Shown: positions 60,050 through 64,000 of the stretch, in pieces | Layout of the letters: every line of letters starts with the position of its first letter | Position numbering within the stretch: the first letter of the stretch is position 1 | NCBI GenBank assembly: GCA_038040175.1 | Contig: JBBPIT010000012.1 | Span: 443-64,442, forward strand | Direction of reading: 5' to 3' | From: Pseudomonadota bacterium | GTDB taxonomy: Bacteria; Pseudomonadota; Gammaproteobacteria; Burkholderiales; JACQAP01 | Length of the DNA: 64,000 nt | Program-made: the position numbers and the translations under genes | The notes under the pieces: generated by a model | The model's input: only the letters and a program-made list of their open reading frames with translations | Databases searched by the model: none | What the model was told of the DNA's origin: nothing

Positions 60050-61852
60050 CTATTGCACGGTGGCCGTCAGGCCCGTGGGCGGGTTGATGAACGCCAGAGA
60101 CGACATGACATCGACCGCCTTGCCGGTCGTGGTTTTGCCGGCGAGGGCGGGGACGGATCTGCCGCCATTCTTGATGGCGTTGGCGGTATCGGCGAAGGTG
60201 TACTGCGGGTTGAAGGCGCGCAGCATCGCGGCGAGCCCCGCGACCTCGGGCGTGGCCATGGAGGTACCGTTTTCGATTTGATAGGTGTTGGTCGTGAGCG
60301 TCAAGGTATTGATCGAGAAGCGGGTAATTCCAATACCGAAATCGCCGGGCGTTGTCGCTCCGGTCGCGAGCTTGAAGCCGACCAGGCAACTAATTATCCC
60401 CGCGCAGCCGCTGATATCCAGGGAAACGGGGAATACCGAGCCGCTGGTATGGACAGGACCGACAATACCGTCCTGTAGGGCGCCTGCGCCGAAGGGGTTA
60501 ACACCGCTCGGATCCACCCCCACGACAAAACTGTCCCCGCTATTGGCAAGATTGACCGCGGCACTAAAGTTCAAGGTCACGGCGTTGACTGCGGAGGTAT
60601 TGAACCCTTTGGCCGCCGTGTCGTTCAGGTTGGGCCCATACTTGGTAATAAGAAAATTTGCGGGATCGACTAGAAAATCGTTGCCGCCGTTGAGCACATG
60701 AGTCCAGCCGTTGCTGATCGTCCAGGCAGTCAGAGGGTCGGTCGTCGTCGCAACCGTCCCCGCAAAGGTGCTTAAGATGTTTGTCCCCGGTGCGCCGACG
60801 TCGACGCTTGTCGCCCCCCAGTTCGATAAACTCGCGAGCGCGTAGTTCTGATCGAGCGCGGCGACGCAAACCAGGTTCGGCTGGGTGAAGTTGCAGGGAT
60901 AACTGGCGCCGCCTGCGGCGTCATTGTTGTTGGTCTCGTTGCCTGCCGCCACCACCACCACGAGGTCGCTATTTTGCGCGTTGCTGATGGCGTCGCTGAA
61001 GGCCTGGTCGAAGGGCACGCTGCCGGCGAGGCTCATGTTGATCACCTTGGCGCCGTTGGTCACTGCGAAGCTGATGCCTTGGGTAATGGTCGCCGTCGTC
61101 CCGCTACCCGTGGCATTCAGCACGCGCACCGCCATGATGCTGGCCTTCTGGCACACGCCAGTGGTGCCCGTGCCGTTGTTACCCACGGCGCCGATGATGC
61201 CGGCGACATGCGTGCCGTGGCCGTTAAGATCCATCGGGTCGGTGTCGTTGTCGACAAAGTCATGGCCGTGGTTCGGGCTGCCGTTCCACATGTTGGCGGC
61301 GAGGTCTTCCTGGGTGTAGTTGACGCCGGTATCCAAAACCGCCACCACGACGCTGCTGCAGTCGGTGATGTGGTCCCAGGCCTTCTCGATGCCCATGTCA
61401 TCGCCCGCCGTGCCGGCCTTGGGCGTATAAGTGCCGGTGGTGATGGTCTGGCCGGTGTTCTTGAACGCCCAGAGCTGGCCGTATTGCGTGTCGTTTGGCA
61501 CCGCTGTGGCGTGATAGATGTAGTTGGGCTGGACGTATTCGACGTTCGGGTCGTTCCGGTAGGCCGTGAGCGCCGTCTCCACCGTCTGGCCGGCGCCGAT
61601 CTTGACCTGCGCCCAGCCGGGCTGATTCAGGTTGGCGAGGACGGAGTGTCCCCGGGCCGCCATGGTCGCCATGCGCTCCTGCATGCTGGCCGTGGGTTTG
61701 AACTTCACGAGCACCTCGCCCGGCACGTACTGCGACGCGGCCGCGCCGGCGAGATTGGGCAACGCGAAGGGAGCAGCGGCAACCTGAGCGTACAGCGTCA
61801 AGGCAGCACCGACGAGCGCGGCCAGGGCCATCGAGCGCAACGGTGTTTTCAT
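60050..61852 (-). CDS. Secreted S8 subtilase
   Basis: VAVLDTG (Asp), GHGTHVAG (His), AAGN, GTSMATP (Ser). Confidence 0.95.
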   Translation of the reverse strand: MKTPLRSMALAALVGAALTLYAQVAAAPFALPNLAGAAASQYVPGEVLVKFKPTASMQERMATMAARGHSVLANLNQPGWAQVKIGAGQTVETALTAYRNDPNVEYVQPNYIYHATAVPNDTQYGQLWAFKNTGQTITTGTYTPKAGTAGDDMGIEKAWDHITDCSSVVVAVLDTGVNYTQEDLAANMWNGSPNHGHDFVDNDTDPMDLNGHGTHVAGIIGAVGNNGTGTTGVCQKASIMAVRVLNATGSGTTATITQGISFAVTNGAKVINMSLAGSVPFDQAFSDAISNAQNSDLVVVVAAGNETNNNDAAGGASYPCNFTQPNLVCVAALDQNYALASLSNWGATSVDVGAPGTNILSTFAGTVATTTDPLTAWTISNGWTHVLNGGNDFLVDPANFLITKYGPNLNDTAAKGFNTSAVNAVTLNFSAAVNLANSGDSFVVGVDPSGVNPFGAGALQDGIVGPVHTSGSVFPVSLDISGCAGIISCLVGFKLATGATTPGDFGIGITRFSINTLTLTTNTYQIENGTSMATPEVAGLAAMLRAFNPQYTFADTANAIKNGGRSVPALAGKTTTGKAVDVMSSLAFINPPTGLTATVQ

Positions 61853-61870
61853 GGGAGTCTCCTGCCTGTG

Positions 61871-62245
61871 TCAGGGCACGATCACGGTGAACGGCTGCGA
61901 GGGCGCGCTGAGGCTGCCGGTGCTGCCGCCTTGCGCATCGAGCGCCGCGAAGGCGCTCACGGTCACGGTGTAAGTCCCCGTCTGCAATGTAGTAACGGTG
62001 GATGTCGGTGCCGTGAGTCCGGAGGTGAACGGCGCGTTGATCGTCGGCTGGCCGCTGATCGCGACCTCGTAGCCGCCGCCCGCGCTGTTGACCCCCTTTT
62101 CGTGGTTGGGCGCCCAAGCCAGGGTGACGGTGTGGTTCGTCCCTGGTGGGGGGCTTGACCCGTCACCTCCGCTGCCACAACCGGAAAGAACAACCACGAA
62201 CAGGCTTGCGACAACAAGCCGGTAAGGTAGAAGTCGAGATCCCAT
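61871..62245 (-). CDS. Lipoprotein with fibronectin type III-like domain
   Basis: Lipobox LSGC, VTLAW..GYEV..GTYTVTVSAF..SAPS. Confidence 0.72.
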   Translation of the reverse strand: MGSRLLPYRLVVASLFVVVLSGCGSGGDGSSPPPGTNHTVTLAWAPNHEKGVNSAGGGYEVAISGQPTINAPFTSGLTAPTSTVTTLQTGTYTVTVSAFAALDAQGGSTGSLSAPSQPFTVIVP

Positions 62246-62339
62246 GAACCCTCCCAAGTTCAGCGAACTGGGCAGGGTACGCTCGTAGCCATTTCTTCGT
62301 CAAATCCCACCGTCGAAACAAAGTACCCCTAGCGAGTAA

Positions 62340-62558
62340 GGGGTCAGGCCTATACTTTATAGCCGATCGGGCGTAGCCTCACGCAATGACCCGACCGCTA
62401 CGTCTGGAGTTCGCCGGGGCGCTCTACCACCTCACCGCCCGCGGGGACCGCTAGGAGCCGCTCTTCAAGACGAGCGAGTGGTCATGAGATTGAGTCCGCT
62501 TCTCTTCACAGAACGCTAGCGAAGGCGGTCGAAAGCTATGCAGTATAGGCCTGACCCC
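62340..62558 (+). mobile_element. Internally deleted RAYT element (MITE-like)
   Basis: IRs 62340-62362 and 62536-62558; same 5' transposase fragment, here with a TAG. Confidence 0.9.
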
Positions 62559-62575
62559 ATGCACGAGAAGTTGTC

Positions 62576-63370
62576 TTAGAACCTGTATTTCACTTCCAAC
62601 CCGTATTCCCGCGTCTCGTTTTCCGGTTCAAACAGGCCGAAACCGAAACCGATAGGCACGATATCCGAATCCTCGATACTCCAGTAATGCATCCAAGGGC
62701 CGAATGCCCATGAACCATTCTCTGCTATCACCGAAAGGCGATAACCGTATCCTTTGTCTTGCTTATTGGTCGCATCGCTAAACCCGATACCGGTATCGGT
62801 GAGCTGCGATATCTGTCTTCCTCTAATGAAGTAATCATACTCAATGGTGGGGGCAATCACCCACTGACCGTTGACATTGATGCGTGAGGTCAACCCTAGA
62901 GGGGCGTACAAATAGTTGGAATAGCGCTGATAACCAACCGCGCCGGTGGAAGTCGTGCCTCTCATATCATTGTAGAGATAGCGGTAGCCGAGCCCCGCAA
63001 AAGGCGAAAGGGAAACCCCACTGTGCGGCAAAAAATCTTTGCCGAAGACCCCTCGCGTTTCGAGAATCCAATCCGGAACCGAATTCTTCGTACCGGAGCC
63101 CTCGTATTTGAGCGAGCCGTTCGCGTATCGCCCGTCAACCTTGAAAAACCACTGACCGGCGCCGGTGTAGGTATAGGCGCCGGTGACGCCCACTCTGGCC
63201 CCCCAGATCTTTACCCCTGCACTCGGCTCCTCATAGCGATAGTCCGACAGCTGCCCCCCGACCTCCCAGCCGGGCCGGGTAACCAGGGGATCGGCCGCTA
63301 CGCTTGTTTGTGCCGATGCGACTGGGGAAATGGCAACGAGAATTGCTGCAGTGATGAGTGCTTTACTCAT
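62576..63370 (-). CDS. Outer-membrane beta-barrel protein
   Basis: Signal peptide, aromatic amphipathic strands, C-terminal EVKYRF. Confidence 0.85.
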   Translation of the reverse strand: MSKALITAAILVAISPVASAQTSVAADPLVTRPGWEVGGQLSDYRYEEPSAGVKIWGARVGVTGAYTYTGAGQWFFKVDGRYANGSLKYEGSGTKNSVPDWILETRGVFGKDFLPHSGVSLSPFAGLGYRYLYNDMRGTTSTGAVGYQRYSNYLYAPLGLTSRINVNGQWVIAPTIEYDYFIRGRQISQLTDTGIGFSDATNKQDKGYGYRLSVIAENGSWAFGPWMHYWSIEDSDIVPIGFGFGLFEPENETREYGLEVKYRF

Positions 63371-63412
63371 GTGGGCTCCCTTACCTAAGGACCGGCGCAG
63401 AAATGAATCAAT

Positions 63413-63424
63413 GGGGTCAGGCCT
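63413..63424 (+). repeat. Short copy of the island terminal repeat; right border
   Basis: GGGGTCAGGCCT. Confidence 0.7.
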
Positions 63425-63637
63425 TCATGGCACTACCTTAAGCATTTTGTTAGGGTCGTGCGCAGAAATGCGGATGGCTGAGAGCCTCGCGTTGTTCTGA
63501 TCGTGGTGTCTGAAATCACGTTTGATAACAAGGAGGATCAGCCATGGTGGATGCTACCAAAAAAACGCTTGAGAAAAAACTAAGAAACTAAGCATGGCAG
63601 GCCGAATTCCACCGGCCTTGTTTTTTGCGTCGTGCCA

Positions 63638-63678
63638 CTGTCACGTTTCCTGACTCAATTCCTTAATACTGCTGTCAA
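63638..63678 (+). promoter_or_regulatory. Possible Pho boxes
   Basis: CTGTCAC at 63638; CCTTAAT-N4-CTGTCAA at 63661-63678 (11-bp spacing). Confidence 0.35.
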
Positions 63679-63784
63679 AAACGGTCTCTAGGATTCGTCC
63701 CGGCTGAGTTCGCTCACTTCCGGTGTGCGGCTCATCACACTCGAAGTCGGGAAATTTGGTTCAATACTCAATCCTGTAGGCCTT

Positions 63785-64000
63785 ATGGAAGATTCAAACG
63801 TCAAGATGGACCGCCGCAGTTTTCTCAAGCGCTCGACGCTGTTTGCCGGGGGCATCGTCACCGCCACCACGCTGCAAACGCTGGCCGCACATACGGCCTA
63901 TGCAAAGGAATTGCCACCGGAGGGTCGCGGGAGGGGCAAGGGCCCGATGGGCAAAGGCTACGGTGCTCTCAAGCCGGTGGCCGACCAGAACGGCGATCTG
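63785..64000 (+). CDS. Tat-exported protein, PhoX/DUF839-like, 5' part only
   Basis: MEDSNVKMDRRSFLK twin-arginine signal, GYGALKPVADQNG. Confidence 0.6.
   Translation, partial: MEDSNVKMDRRSFLKRSTLFAGGIVTATTLQTLAAHTAYAKELPPEGRGRGKGPMGKGYGALKPVADQNGDL

Overview
High-GC, betaproteobacterial-type chromosomal window (taxon inferred from gene order and protein style). Positions 1-44,060 are mostly core genes: paaF/paaG, an Irr-like Fur regulator, the type IV minor pilin operon (pilE-fimT-pilV-pilW-pilX-pilY1), ribF-ileS-lspA-ispH, the sulfate assimilation cluster (cysB, tauE, cysI, DUF934, cysH, cysD, cysN, cobA, cbiX), murJ, rpsT, argDFG, yajQ, a DAHP synthase and transport/metabolic genes. In this core region a GxxExxY nuclease-fold gene sits between perfect 30-bp inverted repeats built of CGCAAAGA units, and two gene-less copies of the same repeat pair occur elsewhere. 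Positions ~44,130-63,420 are an accessory island divided into five cargo modules by co-oriented elements ending in GGGGTCAGGCCT inverted repeats: one intact HUH/Y1 (RAYT-like) transposase gene, three internally deleted derivatives and two single ends. The modules carry (1) a CapH/CapP-type regulated type III CBASS with a SLOG + nucleoside-deoxyribosyltransferase-like effector and a Cap18-like exonuclease; (2) a gene with a LexA box, a YHYH-HNH protein and a single-chain restriction-modification enzyme; (3) IS481/IS3 fragments and a secreted protein; (4) a subtilase operon with a stand-alone propeptide-like lipoprotein; (5) an outer-membrane beta-barrel gene. No rRNA, tRNA or CRISPR array was seen. 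All calls come from motif recognition by eye; no database searches were run.
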